A stretch of DNA of 64,000 nt from Planctomycetota bacterium (GCA_035384565.1 DAOOIT010000017.1:24579-88578); one strand, 5' to 3'. Shown: positions 49,765 through 59,833, numbered from the stretch's first letter. Made by a program: numbers and translations. The notes: generated by a model not told the origin, from the letters alone.

Positions 49765-49873
49765 GCGGTGCTGGGTGTCAGGTGTTAGGGGGTGGGGGCA
49801 GGTTGGGAGCCAGGCCTGCCACTCTTGCCGGTCTCTTGTACCCCAACACCTATCCCCGAACACCTAACACCGC
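49765..49873. repeat. Family 4 palindromic leader element, copy 2
   Basis: Same arms as 34328-34427. Upstream of the acyl-CoA ligase gene. Confidence 0.55.
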
Positions 49874-49879
49874 CTGCCT

Positions 49880-51121
49880 TCACAGCGTCCAGGGCTCGCG
49901 CTTCGGGCGGTCCACCCAGCGGCTGGCGTCGGGGTCGCCGATGAAGTCCTCCTTCACGGGGTCCCACTTGAGCGGGCGGCCGAGCCAGTAGGCGAGGTTG
50001 CCGAGGTGGCAGACGGTGACAGCGCGGTGGCAGAACTCCACGTCGCGGAAGGGCCGCTCGCGGGTGACGACGCAGTGGAGGAAGTCGCCGGCCAGGCCGC
50101 CGTTGCCCTTGTAGCCGAGCATTTCGACGGGGCGGAGGGGCTGGCCCATCCTGCCGCGCGAGGCCTCGCCCGCGGTGCCTTTGTAGGTGATGTCGGGCGC
50201 GCCGCCGTGGTACATGCGGAAGCCGTTGGCGTAGACGTAGGTGAGCAGCTTCACGTCCTTGCCGTCGGGCGGGAGGATCTCGACGGGGCCGGTCTCCTGG
50301 AGGTCCATGGCGAACACCACGGCGCCGAACTTGTGCGCGCCCCAGTCGGTCATGCCGCCGCCCGAGTAGTCCTTCCAGGCGCGGAAGCCGAGGCGGCCCT
50401 TGTTGTAAGGCGCCCAGGGCGCGGGGCCGAGCCAGAGGTCCCAGTCGAGGCCGGGCGGCACGGGTTCGGGCGGCAGATCGCAATCGCGCGAGGGGCCGCC
50501 GACGCCGACGAAGGCCTCCTTGACCTCGCCGATGGCGCCGCTGCGGATGTAGCGCGCGAGCGCCCCATAGTCGCCCAGCACGCGCTGGCTGCCGCCGGAG
50601 AAGACGCGGCCGAAGCGGCGCGCCGTCTCCACCATCTTCCGCCCCTCGCGGATCGTCAGCGTCTCGGGCTTCTCGCAGAAGACGTCCTTGCCGTTCTTCA
50701 TCGCCTCGCAAGCGATGATCGCGTGCCAGTGGTCGGGCGTGCCGATCATCACGGTGTCAATGCGCGGGTCGCCCGTGATCTCGCGGAAGTCGTTGATGGA
50801 CGCGCAGTCGGTGTTTCCGTACTTACGGTCCATGGCCGCCTTCATGTTTTCGCGCTTGGACTTCACCACGTCGCAGACGGCGAGCACCTGCACCTGGGGG
50901 AAGTTGGAGAAGCCGGTGAGGTCGCCGCTGCCGCGTCCTCCCATGCCGATGCCGCCCATCGTGATGCGGTCGCTGGCGGGGGGCCGCGGGGCTTCCTCGG
51001 GCGTCCGCGCGGGCCGGCGCGCGCCGCCGAGGGCGCTGGAGGTGAGGAAGTAGGGCCCCGCCGCCAGGGCGACCGATCCCATGAAGCCGCGGCGGGAGGT
51101 GACTCGCATATGTCGCGCCAT
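49880..51121 (-). CDS. Gfo/Idh/MocA family oxidoreductase with Tat signal
   Basis: SRRGFMGS Tat motif. AGGAG RBS. Rossmann-fold N-terminus. Confidence 0.8.
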   Translation of the reverse strand: MARHMRVTSRRGFMGSVALAAGPYFLTSSALGGARRPARTPEEAPRPPASDRITMGGIGMGGRGSGDLTGFSNFPQVQVLAVCDVVKSKRENMKAAMDRKYGNTDCASINDFREITGDPRIDTVMIGTPDHWHAIIACEAMKNGKDVFCEKPETLTIREGRKMVETARRFGRVFSGGSQRVLGDYGALARYIRSGAIGEVKEAFVGVGGPSRDCDLPPEPVPPGLDWDLWLGPAPWAPYNKGRLGFRAWKDYSGGGMTDWGAHKFGAVVFAMDLQETGPVEILPPDGKDVKLLTYVYANGFRMYHGGAPDITYKGTAGEASRGRMGQPLRPVEMLGYKGNGGLAGDFLHCVVTRERPFRDVEFCHRAVTVCHLGNLAYWLGRPLKWDPVKEDFIGDPDASRWVDRPKREPWTL

Positions 51122-51192
51122 CGCTGACTCCTTTCCTCGAGCGTTCGGGCGACACCGGCTCTCTGCATTATAGCCCGGCGGATGACAGGCTC

Positions 51193-52389
51193 CTAGCGGC
51201 GCCGCCTGGGGCCGGCGACGCGGCGGGTCGAGGCGAGGGGGCGGAGGCGCGCGAAGCGCGCGAGCAGGCACCGGGTGCGCTGCCGATGTCGCCGCCTGAG
51301 GGCGAGGGCCGCCGCGGGGGCGATGGGCGTCGCCCGGGCCTTGCGTTTCCTGACACGTGGCGCGGGCTCGGGCCGAAGCGGGATCACGGGCACCGCGTCC
51401 TCGACCACCGCGTGCGTCTCCTCGCCGGCGGCCGGCGGCGGCTCGCCGTCCGTGTCGCCCAGGGCGGCGACCTCGGGCACCGCGATGTCCTCGACCTCGG
51501 TGTCGGCGGCGGCGTCCTCGTCGCTGGCTGCCGCGGCGGGCGGCGGGGCCGGCTCGGGGGGCGTAGCCTCGGGCGCCTCGGGCTCCGGGGGCGGGGGCGT
51601 GGGCGCCACGAGTTCGGTCTCGCTGAGCGGCGTGTCGTCGAGGAGCACGATGCGGATGTCGCCGTGGGCGCCGGCTTGCTCGGCGCGCACGCGGCGGCGG
51701 CGGATCAGCTCGAGGAGGGCCATGAAGGCGTGGATGAGCCCGAGGCGGCCGTCGGCCGGGTTGAACAGCTCGCGCAGCGTGGCGTGGCGGCGCGAGCGCA
51801 GCTCGTCGAGCAGGTCGTTGCAGTAGGCGCTGGCCGGGCGCTCGTCCAGCACGATGTGGCGGGTCGGGTCCAGCGTCGTCTGGCTCAGGATCACCTTGAA
51901 GGCGGCCACGAGGTCCCACACGGTCACCTCGCCGAGGAGGATGGGCAGGTTCTCCTCGGGGGCGCGCTCGGGCAGGCCGAGCGCGGCGGCGGCGCCGCGG
52001 GTGAACTTGAGGGCCTGCTCGTCGGCCCGGGCGGCGAGCGCGCGGGCGGCGTCCTTGAAACGCTTGTACTCGATCAGTTGGCGGATGAGGTCGGCCCGCG
52101 GGTCCTCCTGCTCCTCGTCGCCCTCGCGTTCGGGCTGGGGCAGGAGCATGCGCGACTTGATCTCCATCAGCGTGGCGGCCATGACCAGGAACTCGCCCGC
52201 GAGGTTCACGTTGACCTGCTGCATCACCTCGAGGTGCTGGAGGTACTGGTCGGTGATGCGTGCGATGGGGATGTCGGCGATCTCGACCTCCTCCTGGCGA
52301 ATCAGGTACAGGAGGAGATCGAGGGGGCCGCTGAAGGCCTCCAGGTCCACCTTGTAGCCGTAGCTTTCCTCTTCGTAGGACGACACCAT
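51193..52389 (-). CDS. scpA: Segregation and condensation protein A with long Pro/Glu-rich C-terminal extension
   Basis: FSGPLDLLLYLIRQEEVEI ScpA N-terminus. About 170-aa low-complexity tail. Confidence 0.75.
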   Translation of the reverse strand: MVSSYEEESYGYKVDLEAFSGPLDLLLYLIRQEEVEIADIPIARITDQYLQHLEVMQQVNVNLAGEFLVMAATLMEIKSRMLLPQPEREGDEEQEDPRADLIRQLIEYKRFKDAARALAARADEQALKFTRGAAAALGLPERAPEENLPILLGEVTVWDLVAAFKVILSQTTLDPTRHIVLDERPASAYCNDLLDELRSRRHATLRELFNPADGRLGLIHAFMALLELIRRRRVRAEQAGAHGDIRIVLLDDTPLSETELVAPTPPPPEPEAPEATPPEPAPPPAAAASDEDAAADTEVEDIAVPEVAALGDTDGEPPPAAGEETHAVVEDAVPVIPLRPEPAPRVRKRKARATPIAPAAALALRRRHRQRTRCLLARFARLRPLASTRRVAGPRRRR

Positions 52390-52396
52390 GCGCGCC

Positions 52397-53011
52397 TCAG
52401 GAGCCAAGCAGGAGACGGACGAGGAACGTGTGCGGCGGGAGGAGGACGAGGTCAATCGCTCGCGAGACGATCAGCACGAGGAAGACGACGGACATCGCGG
52501 GCGCGAGGCGCTCGTAGGCGATGGCCTGCTCGCGCGGCAGCAGGTTGCGCAGCACGTGGGAGCCGTCGAGCGGCGGGATCGGGATGAGGTTGAAGAGGGC
52601 CAGCCCCACGCTGATCTGGAGCAGGATGAAGAGCATGATCCAGAAGTACCGCCCGATCTCGGACGCTGGAGCGGCGGGGAACGCGCGCAGCAGGAGGGCC
52701 ACCACCACCGCCGTCGCCAGGTTGGCCGCCACGCCGGCGAGCGAGACCAGAATGTCGTCGCGGCGCGGATGGCGGAAGTTGTAGGGATTCACCGGCACCG
52801 GCTTGGCCCAGCCGAAGGGCGCGAAGAGCAGGCACAGCGCGCCGATCGGGTCGAGGTGCGCGAGGGGGTTGAACGTCAGCCGGCCCAGGTGCTTCGCCGT
52901 GGGGTCGCCGCACAGGTAGGCCGACCAGCCGTAGGCGAACTCGTGGATCGTCAGGGCGAAGAGCAGCGGGGGAATCCGCAGCACGAACAGCGTCAGGTCG
53001 AAATCCGGCAT
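52397..53011 (-). CDS. Site-2 protease family membrane protein (HExxH degenerate)
   Basis: Close match to YwhC-type S2P (TIHEFAYGW...GWAKPVPVNP), but the second His of HExxH is Tyr. Confidence 0.7.
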   Translation of the reverse strand: MPDFDLTLFVLRIPPLLFALTIHEFAYGWSAYLCGDPTAKHLGRLTFNPLAHLDPIGALCLLFAPFGWAKPVPVNPYNFRHPRRDDILVSLAGVAANLATAVVVALLLRAFPAAPASEIGRYFWIMLFILLQISVGLALFNLIPIPPLDGSHVLRNLLPREQAIAYERLAPAMSVVFLVLIVSRAIDLVLLPPHTFLVRLLLGS

Positions 53012-53158
53012 GGGGCGACACCCGTGGGACTTGTGGTTGGCCGTGTTTGTACCACAGGCGTGCCGGCAAGTCAAGCTCGCTTGACTTCCACGGGCCGGAT
53101 CACTATCATGAGTCGAGAATCGCCGAGAGCAGAGACCCGAGGCCGCTGGAGGCGAACC

Positions 53159-53578
53159 ATGCCGGAAGCCGACCACAGCGAAGCGCCGGTGAGGCGCAAG
53201 CGCACGAGTCACGACGACCTCGACTTCGAGATAGCCTTCTACGAGCGAATCCTCAAGCGATTGCCCGATTCCGTGGATGTGCTGATGGCGCTCGGCAACG
53301 ACTACACCGAGCGCGGCCTCCACGAGAAGAGCCTGCCGGTGGACGAGCGCCTCTGCCGCCTCCGGCCCAACGACCCGATCATCCATTACAACCTTGCCTG
53401 CTCCTACTCGCTCGTCGGCCGGGTGGACCAGGCCATCGAGACCCTCGAGCACGCCATCGGCCTCGGCTACCACGACTGCACCTACCTTCAGCGCGACCCC
53501 GACCTCGAGGGCATCCGCCGCGACCCGCGCTTCCAGGCCCTCCTCGGGCGCGTGATGCGGCAACAGGTCACCTCCTGA
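53159..53578 (+). CDS. TPR-like repeat protein
   Basis: GGAGG RBS. An alternative start at 53108 is possible. Confidence 0.5.
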   Translation: MPEADHSEAPVRRKRTSHDDLDFEIAFYERILKRLPDSVDVLMALGNDYTERGLHEKSLPVDERLCRLRPNDPIIHYNLACSYSLVGRVDQAIETLEHAIGLGYHDCTYLQRDPDLEGIRRDPRFQALLGRVMRQQVTS

Positions 53579-53611
53579 CCTTGTCGCCCGCGCCGGCACC
53601 AGGGAGCCGAC

Positions 53612-54529
53612 ATGGACGAGCCGCTCTCCTCCTACGCGCGCGTCGGCATCATCCACTTCATGCTCTGGCCCCAGACGATGAGCGGCGAGGGCCCCATCGC
53701 CGAAACCTTCGAGCGCCTCGCCGCCGACGCCGCCTTCGACGCCGTCGAGGTCACCCGCATCCACGACCCCGCCGCGCGGCGCCGCGTGCGCGACATCGCC
53801 CAGACCGCCCGCCTCACCCTCGCCTTCGGCGCCCAGCCGATCCTGCTCGGGGGCAGGCTCGACCTCAACGCCCCCAGCGACACCGACCGCACCGCCGCCA
53901 TCGAGGCCGTCCAACGGGCCATTGACCAGGCCATCGAGCTGGGCGCGGCCGGCTGCGCCGTCCTCAGCGGCCCCGACCCCGGCGAGGGCGGGCGCAAGGC
54001 CGCGACCGACCGGCTCGTGGACTCGCTCAAGTGGCTGTGCGACTATGCCGCGCACAGGGGCGGACCGCCCATCGTGCTCGAGACCTTCGACCGCGTGCCC
54101 TTCGGCAAGAACTGCCTCATCGGCCCCAACGCCGAGGCCGCCGAGGTGGCCCGCCGCGTGCGGCGCGACTTCCCGTCGTTCGGCCTGATGATCGATCTCA
54201 GCCACCTGCCGCTCCAGGGCGAAACCCCGCAGCAGGCGGTGAGCGCCGTGCGCGACTACCTCGTCCACGCCCACATGGGCAACTGCGTGATGCGCGACGC
54301 GGCCCACGAGGCCTACGGCGACAGCCATCCCCGCTTCGGCGTGCCCGGCGGCGAGAACGACGTGCCGCAGCTCGCCGACTACCTGCGCGCGCTGCTCGAC
54401 GCCGGCTTCCTCAGCACCACGTGGCGCCCGATCCTCAGCTTCGAGGTCAAGCCGCTCCAGGGCGAATCCGTCGAGGCCCTCCTCGCCGGCTCCAAACGCA
54501 CCCTCGCCGCCGCCTGGGCCGCTGCCTGA
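53612..54529 (+). CDS. Sugar phosphate isomerase/epimerase (TIM barrel)
   Basis: TIM-barrel family pattern. Confidence 0.8.
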   Translation: MDEPLSSYARVGIIHFMLWPQTMSGEGPIAETFERLAADAAFDAVEVTRIHDPAARRRVRDIAQTARLTLAFGAQPILLGGRLDLNAPSDTDRTAAIEAVQRAIDQAIELGAAGCAVLSGPDPGEGGRKAATDRLVDSLKWLCDYAAHRGGPPIVLETFDRVPFGKNCLIGPNAEAAEVARRVRRDFPSFGLMIDLSHLPLQGETPQQAVSAVRDYLVHAHMGNCVMRDAAHEAYGDSHPRFGVPGGENDVPQLADYLRALLDAGFLSTTWRPILSFEVKPLQGESVEALLAGSKRTLAAAWAAA

Positions 54530-54548
54530 ACCCCCTTGAGGGGGCCGC

Positions 54549-56318
54549 ATGCCCGTGGGAATCGTGCTCTTCTCCCTCGCGCTCTCGCTTGCCGCCGCAC
54601 AGGAGCCTGCCATGCCCCAGCCCGCGCTCGTCAGCCTCGACCCGCCCGTGCTCCTGCCCGACGGCTCGGAGTTCAAGACCTGGCAGCCCGTGCTTGAGTT
54701 CTCAAGGACGTACTACGTGGACGGCTCGGCGGGTTCGGACGAGAACGCGGGCACAAAGGAGGCGCCGTTCAAGACCATTCAACGCGCGGCGATGGTGCTC
54801 GAGCCCGGCGAGCGCGCGATCGTGGCGGCGGGGGTCTACCGCGAATGGGTGCAGCCGCGCCGCGGCGGCACCGGGCCCGACAAGATGATCAGCTACCAGG
54901 CCGCCCCCGGGGCCGACGTGGTCATCCGCGGCTCCCGCGTGGTGACCGAGAAGTGGACCTCCCTCAGCTCGCTCCGAGGGGTCTGGGCGCTGAAGATCGA
55001 GGCCAGGTGGTTCCGGCACGGTTACAACCCATTCCTCATCCCCAACATCACGCCCGAGCAGTTCGAGCCGATGGACTGGGCTCACGGCTGGCGCGGCAAG
55101 AAGCCCTACACGCTGCCCCGCGGCCTCGTGTTCCAGGATGGCCGCCGCCTGCGCCAGGTGAACGAGCGCGACGACCTGGCGAGGGAGGCGGGCACCTATT
55201 GGGTCGCGTTGGAGACAGGCGGCCCCGCCATCCTGGTCCGCCCCTTCGGCGACGCCGACCCCAACCGGGCCACGATGGAGATCACCACGCAGCAATGCGT
55301 CTTCGCCCCCGGAGAGACGGGCCTCGGCTACATCCACGCCAAGGGCTTCACCATCGAGCACGCGGGCAACCCCTTCCCCTTCCCGCAGTACGGCGCGCTC
55401 TCCACCTGGCGCGGCCACCACTGGCTCATCGAGCATAACACGGTGCGCCAGGCCAACGGCGTGGGCATTGACATCGGCGACCAGTTCTGGGGCCTGCCGC
55501 AGCCCAAGACGAAGCCCGCCTGGCACATCGTCCGCCGCAACGCGGTCACCGACTGCGGCGTGTGCGGCATCCAGGGCCTCGCCGCCACCCACTGCCTGGT
55601 CGAGGAGAACCTCCTCTGCAACAACGCCTTCCACCCCGTCGAGCAGTACTGGGAGACGGGCGCAATCAAGCTCCACTGCAACAACGGCACCCTCATCCGC
55701 CGCAACCGCATCTTCGACACCCACCACGGCTGCGGCATCTGGATGGACTTCGCCAACGTGAACTCGCGCTGCACGCAGAACCTCGTGGTCGGCTCGCGCA
55801 CCGTGCACGGCGGCATCTTCCTCGAGGCCTCGCTGCGGCCCAACCTCATTGACCGCAACGTCATCTGGGACACCCAGGGCGCCGGCCTCTACGAGCACGA
55901 TAGCCGCGGCCAGACCTTCGCCCACAACTTCATCGGCCGCAGCTCCGGCCCGGCCATCCTGCTCCGCGGCAAAGTCACCGACCGCAAGGTACACGGCGAG
56001 CCGGTCGGCAACGGCGGCCACGTCGCCGTCAACAACGTCTTCTTTGCCAACAAGGAGGGGATCAGCACGAAGTGCGAGCAGGCCGACGTGAGCCACAACC
56101 TCAGCGACGGCGTCGTGGCCAGCTTCGACCGCGAGTCGCTCACCCTCACCTGGCACGTGACGGGGCCGGCGCCCTGGTGTCAGGCCCTCGCCCCGATCAC
56201 CCACGACTTCTTCGGGCGGGTCTGGCCGCCCGACACGCGGCTCCCCGGCCCCTTCCGCGACGTGCCCTCGAAGCCGACGGCCCTGCGCCTCTTCGGCCCC
56301 GAGGCCGCCGCGCCCTGA
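54549..56318 (+). CDS. Secreted right-handed parallel beta-helix repeat protein
   Basis: Signal peptide. Repeated NxxG/beta-helix coil pattern. Confidence 0.6.
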   Translation: MPVGIVLFSLALSLAAAQEPAMPQPALVSLDPPVLLPDGSEFKTWQPVLEFSRTYYVDGSAGSDENAGTKEAPFKTIQRAAMVLEPGERAIVAAGVYREWVQPRRGGTGPDKMISYQAAPGADVVIRGSRVVTEKWTSLSSLRGVWALKIEARWFRHGYNPFLIPNITPEQFEPMDWAHGWRGKKPYTLPRGLVFQDGRRLRQVNERDDLAREAGTYWVALETGGPAILVRPFGDADPNRATMEITTQQCVFAPGETGLGYIHAKGFTIEHAGNPFPFPQYGALSTWRGHHWLIEHNTVRQANGVGIDIGDQFWGLPQPKTKPAWHIVRRNAVTDCGVCGIQGLAATHCLVEENLLCNNAFHPVEQYWETGAIKLHCNNGTLIRRNRIFDTHHGCGIWMDFANVNSRCTQNLVVGSRTVHGGIFLEASLRPNLIDRNVIWDTQGAGLYEHDSRGQTFAHNFIGRSSGPAILLRGKVTDRKVHGEPVGNGGHVAVNNVFFANKEGISTKCEQADVSHNLSDGVVASFDRESLTLTWHVTGPAPWCQALAPITHDFFGRVWPPDTRLPGPFRDVPSKPTALRLFGPEAAAP

Positions 56319-56341
56319 CAGGTGCGCCCGCGTATGGCGGA

Positions 56342-56400
56342 CACTGTGGGCGGCGTGTCCCACGCCGCGGTACGCGCGACAGGGACGTCCCGCCCACAAG
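56342..56400. repeat. Family 5 hairpin, copy 2
   Basis: Same stem sequence. Located 3' of the beta-helix protein gene. Confidence 0.55.
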
Positions 56401-56610
56401 CGCAGCCGAGCGCGGCTGTGCCACATGCTGCCTGGGCCGCATTCCACGCAACAGTCATTCCCAGTGCGGGCTCTCACCCGTATGCATTCGGACATGGTCT
56501 GGCTCGAGGCCGCGTTTCCCAAACCGCCTCGTCTCGAGTAGAATAGCCAGGTCGTCGGGCCGCGCCCCGCGGCCCCACGGCCTCTCACCCAACCGGACCG
56601 GAGCGCGCCT

Positions 56611-57705
56611 GTGAAAGCTGCTGCCGCTGTTCTCGAGAGGTTCAACGAGCCGCTCGTGTATCGCGAGTTCGAGGTTCAGCCACTCGCGGAGGGCGAGGTG
56701 CTGGTGAAGATCGCCGCCGCCGGCGTGTGCGGATCGGACGTGCACATGTGGCGCGGCAAGGACCCCCGTACGCCGCTGCCGATGATCCTCGGCCACGAGG
56801 CCGTCGGCACCGTCGCCGACACGGGCGGCGAGAAACGCGACCTGCTCGGCCGCGTGCTGCGGCCCGGCGACACAGTGATGTGGGAGCGCGGCGTGATGTG
56901 CGGGCGATGCTACTACTGCGTCGTGCGCAAGGAGCCGTCGCTATGCCCCCACCGCCGCACCTACGGCATCTCATTCTCGTGCGCCGAGCCGCCGCACCTG
57001 CGCGGCTGCTACGCCGAGTATCTGCACGTGAAAGCGGGCGCGCCCTTCCTCCGCATTGACGACGCGATGGACCCCGCGGTGCTCGTGGCCGCGTCGTGCT
57101 CGGGCGCCACGGCGGCGCACGCCATCGAGGTCTCGCGCATCCGCCCGGGCGACGTGGTGCTCGTCGTCGGCCCAGGCCCTGTCGGCCTGTTCTGCCTGGC
57201 CTTCGCGCTCAAGGCGGGGGCCAGCCGCGTCTACGTGGCGGGCACGCCGGCCGACGCCTCCCGCCTCGACATGGCCCGGGCCTTCGGCGCGGCCGGCACG
57301 ATCAACGTCGGCGAGATGAGCGCCGACCAGCGCAGGCAGTATCTCCTCGACGCCACCGGCGGCTTCGGGCCGAACGTGGTCCTCGATTGCACCGGCTCGG
57401 TGCGCGCACTCGAGGAGAACATCGCATTGGTTGCCCCCGGCGGCACGTATGCCATCCCCGGCATCGCCGAGCCGCGCGAGCGGTTCCCCATTGACCTCTT
57501 CGCCTGGATCGCCCGCAAGAATGTGGCGTTGCAGGGCGTGTGGGTGAGCGACACGAATCACCTGTGGCAGGCGGTCCAGCTCGTGCTCTCGCGCCAGTTT
57601 CCCTTCGAGCAGCTCGTCACCCACACGTTCCCGCTGGCCGAGGCGATGGCCGGCCTGGCGGCGGTGGAGAAGTGCGAGGCGGTGAAAGCCGTACTAAGGC
57701 CGTGA
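56611..57705 (+). CDS. Zinc-binding alcohol dehydrogenase (MDR family)
   Basis: GVCGSDVH...GHEAVG motifs. GTG start. Confidence 0.85.
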   Translation: MKAAAAVLERFNEPLVYREFEVQPLAEGEVLVKIAAAGVCGSDVHMWRGKDPRTPLPMILGHEAVGTVADTGGEKRDLLGRVLRPGDTVMWERGVMCGRCYYCVVRKEPSLCPHRRTYGISFSCAEPPHLRGCYAEYLHVKAGAPFLRIDDAMDPAVLVAASCSGATAAHAIEVSRIRPGDVVLVVGPGPVGLFCLAFALKAGASRVYVAGTPADASRLDMARAFGAAGTINVGEMSADQRRQYLLDATGGFGPNVVLDCTGSVRALEENIALVAPGGTYAIPGIAEPRERFPIDLFAWIARKNVALQGVWVSDTNHLWQAVQLVLSRQFPFEQLVTHTFPLAEAMAGLAAVEKCEAVKAVLRP

Positions 57706-57816
57706 TACGTGAAACGTGACGCGTGAGAAGACGCAGAGCGCCCGAGGCATCCGGCATTTGTCTCTTCTCACGTATCACGCATCACGTACCACGCATCACG
57801 CAACAGGAGTCTGCGA

Positions 57817-59826
57817 ATGCTGGACCATGGCGAACAGCCCTTCGGCAACGTGAAGGCCCGCGTGCTCTCGGTGCAGACGCTGATCATCGGCAGCGGGGCG
57901 GCGGGGCTGAATTGCGCCGAACACCTGCACGAGCTGGGCATGAGCGACCTGCTCGTCGTCACCGACCAGCTCGGCGGCGGCACGTCGTACAACTCGGGCT
58001 CCGATAAGCAAACCTACTACAAGATCGGCGTCTTCGGCGACGTGCCCGACAGCCCGATGGAGTTCGCCCGCACGCTCACGGCCGGCGGCATGATGCACGG
58101 CGACCTCGCCTACATCGAGGGCCTCGGCTCGGCCCCCGAGTTCTTCCACCTCGTGCGCAACGGCGTGCCCTTCCCCTTCAACGCCTACGGCGCCTTTGTG
58201 GGCTACAAGACCGACCACGACCCGCGCCAGCGGGCGACGAGCGCCGGCCCCAAGACCTCACAATTCATGGTCGCCCGCTCCCTCGCCCAGGTGCGCCGCA
58301 ACGCCACGCCGGTCCTCGACCGCGTCGAAGTCATCCGCCTGCTCACGGCTGGCGAGGGCACCGAGAAGCGGGTGATCGGCGCCGTGGCGTTGGAGCTGGA
58401 CAAGCTGGACGCCCCGAACTTCGGCCTCCTCGTGCTCAACGCCGAGAACGTGGTCATGGCCACGGGCGGGCCGGGCGAGATGTACCGCATCTCGGTCTAC
58501 CCCCACGGCCAGATCGGCAACCACGGCCTCGCCCTCGAGATCGGCGCCGTGGCCAACAACCTCGCCGAAAGCCAGTTCGGCCTCGCCTCCACGAAGTTCC
58601 GCTGGAACCTCTCCGGCACCTACCAGCAGGTGATCCCCTGCTACTTCTCGACCGACGCCGCCGGGCGCGACCGCCGCTACTTCCTCAACGACTACTTCGA
58701 GACGACACGCCAGGTGGCGGCCAACACCTTCCTCAAGGGCTACCAGTGGCCCTTCCACGCCGCGCGGCTCCAGAACCTCGGCTCGTCGGTGGTGGACATC
58801 GCGGTGGCCAACGAAGTGGCCGCGGGCCGGCGCGTGTTCATGGACTTCCTGTCGAACCCCGTGCCGGGCGAGGGGATGGGCGAGTTCTCGCTGGCCGACG
58901 TGGGCGACGAGGCCCGCCGCTACCTCGAGCGCTCGGGCGCCCTCCAGGCCACGCCCTACGAACGCCTCGCCCACATGAACCCCGAGAGCATCGAGCTCTA
59001 CGCCGAGCATGGCATTGACCTCCGCGAGCCGCTCGAGTGCGCCGTGTGCGCCCAGCACAACAACGGCGGCCTGCGCGGCTCGATCTGGTGGGAGTCGAAC
59101 ATCCGCCACCTGTTCCCCATCGGCGAGTTGAACGGCGCGCACGGCGTGCGCCCGGGCGGCAGCGCGCTCAACAGCGGCCAGGTGGGCGGCCTGCGCGCCG
59201 CCCAGCGCATCCAGGCCGTCTACCACGCCGGCCCGATGCCGCTGGCCGAGTTCCGCAAGCTCGCCGCGGCCCAAGTGAAGGACGAGGCGAAGGAGATCCG
59301 CCGCCTCCTCAAGTCGCCCGCCTCGGCCCCCACGCCCGCCCAGGTGCGCGGCGAGATCCAGGACCGCATGAGCGCCGACGCCGCGTTCCTGCGTTCGGCC
59401 GCGGGAATCGGCGACGCCGTGAGCGGGGCCAAGGCCCTCTGGGCGGCAGTGTCGGCCCACGGCATGCGGCTCGACGGGCGCGCCGACCTGCCCGCCGCCA
59501 TCCAGAACGTCCACCTCACCCTCACCCACGTCGCCTTCCTCCAGACCATCCAGGCCCTCATCGAGCGGGGCGGCGGCAGCCGCGGCGGCTACATGATCCT
59601 CGACGAGAAGGGCGACCTCGCCGTCAAGACCAAGCGCGGCAGCGAACTGCCTCATCGCAGCGAGAACATGGCCCTGCGCGGCGAAATCCTCGAAACCCGC
59701 CTCGCCGGCGACGGCGATTTCGCGGTTGCCCCCGTCCCCGTCCGTCCCCTCCCCAACGACGATTCGTGGTATGAAACCACCTGGCGGCAGTGGCTGAGGG
59801 GCGAGATCTTCAAAGTGGGTGAGTAG
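57817..59826 (+). CDS. FAD-binding oxidoreductase (SdhA/FrdA/L-aspartate oxidase-like flavoprotein)
   Basis: IIGSGAAGL FAD motif and flavoprotein core pattern. Confidence 0.7.
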   Translation: MLDHGEQPFGNVKARVLSVQTLIIGSGAAGLNCAEHLHELGMSDLLVVTDQLGGGTSYNSGSDKQTYYKIGVFGDVPDSPMEFARTLTAGGMMHGDLAYIEGLGSAPEFFHLVRNGVPFPFNAYGAFVGYKTDHDPRQRATSAGPKTSQFMVARSLAQVRRNATPVLDRVEVIRLLTAGEGTEKRVIGAVALELDKLDAPNFGLLVLNAENVVMATGGPGEMYRISVYPHGQIGNHGLALEIGAVANNLAESQFGLASTKFRWNLSGTYQQVIPCYFSTDAAGRDRRYFLNDYFETTRQVAANTFLKGYQWPFHAARLQNLGSSVVDIAVANEVAAGRRVFMDFLSNPVPGEGMGEFSLADVGDEARRYLERSGALQATPYERLAHMNPESIELYAEHGIDLREPLECAVCAQHNNGGLRGSIWWESNIRHLFPIGELNGAHGVRPGGSALNSGQVGGLRAAQRIQAVYHAGPMPLAEFRKLAAAQVKDEAKEIRRLLKSPASAPTPAQVRGEIQDRMSADAAFLRSAAGIGDAVSGAKALWAAVSAHGMRLDGRADLPAAIQNVHLTLTHVAFLQTIQALIERGGGSRGGYMILDEKGDLAVKTKRGSELPHRSENMALRGEILETRLAGDGDFAVAPVPVRPLPNDDSWYETTWRQWLRGEIFKVGE

Positions 59827-59833
59827 GCGCTTG

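Noticed and set aside
52397-54676. 759-aa minus-strand ORF
   Set aside because: Only the 3' 204 codons (site-2 protease homolog, start 53011) are genuine. The remainder is antisense to the plus-strand TPR-like and sugar isomerase genes.
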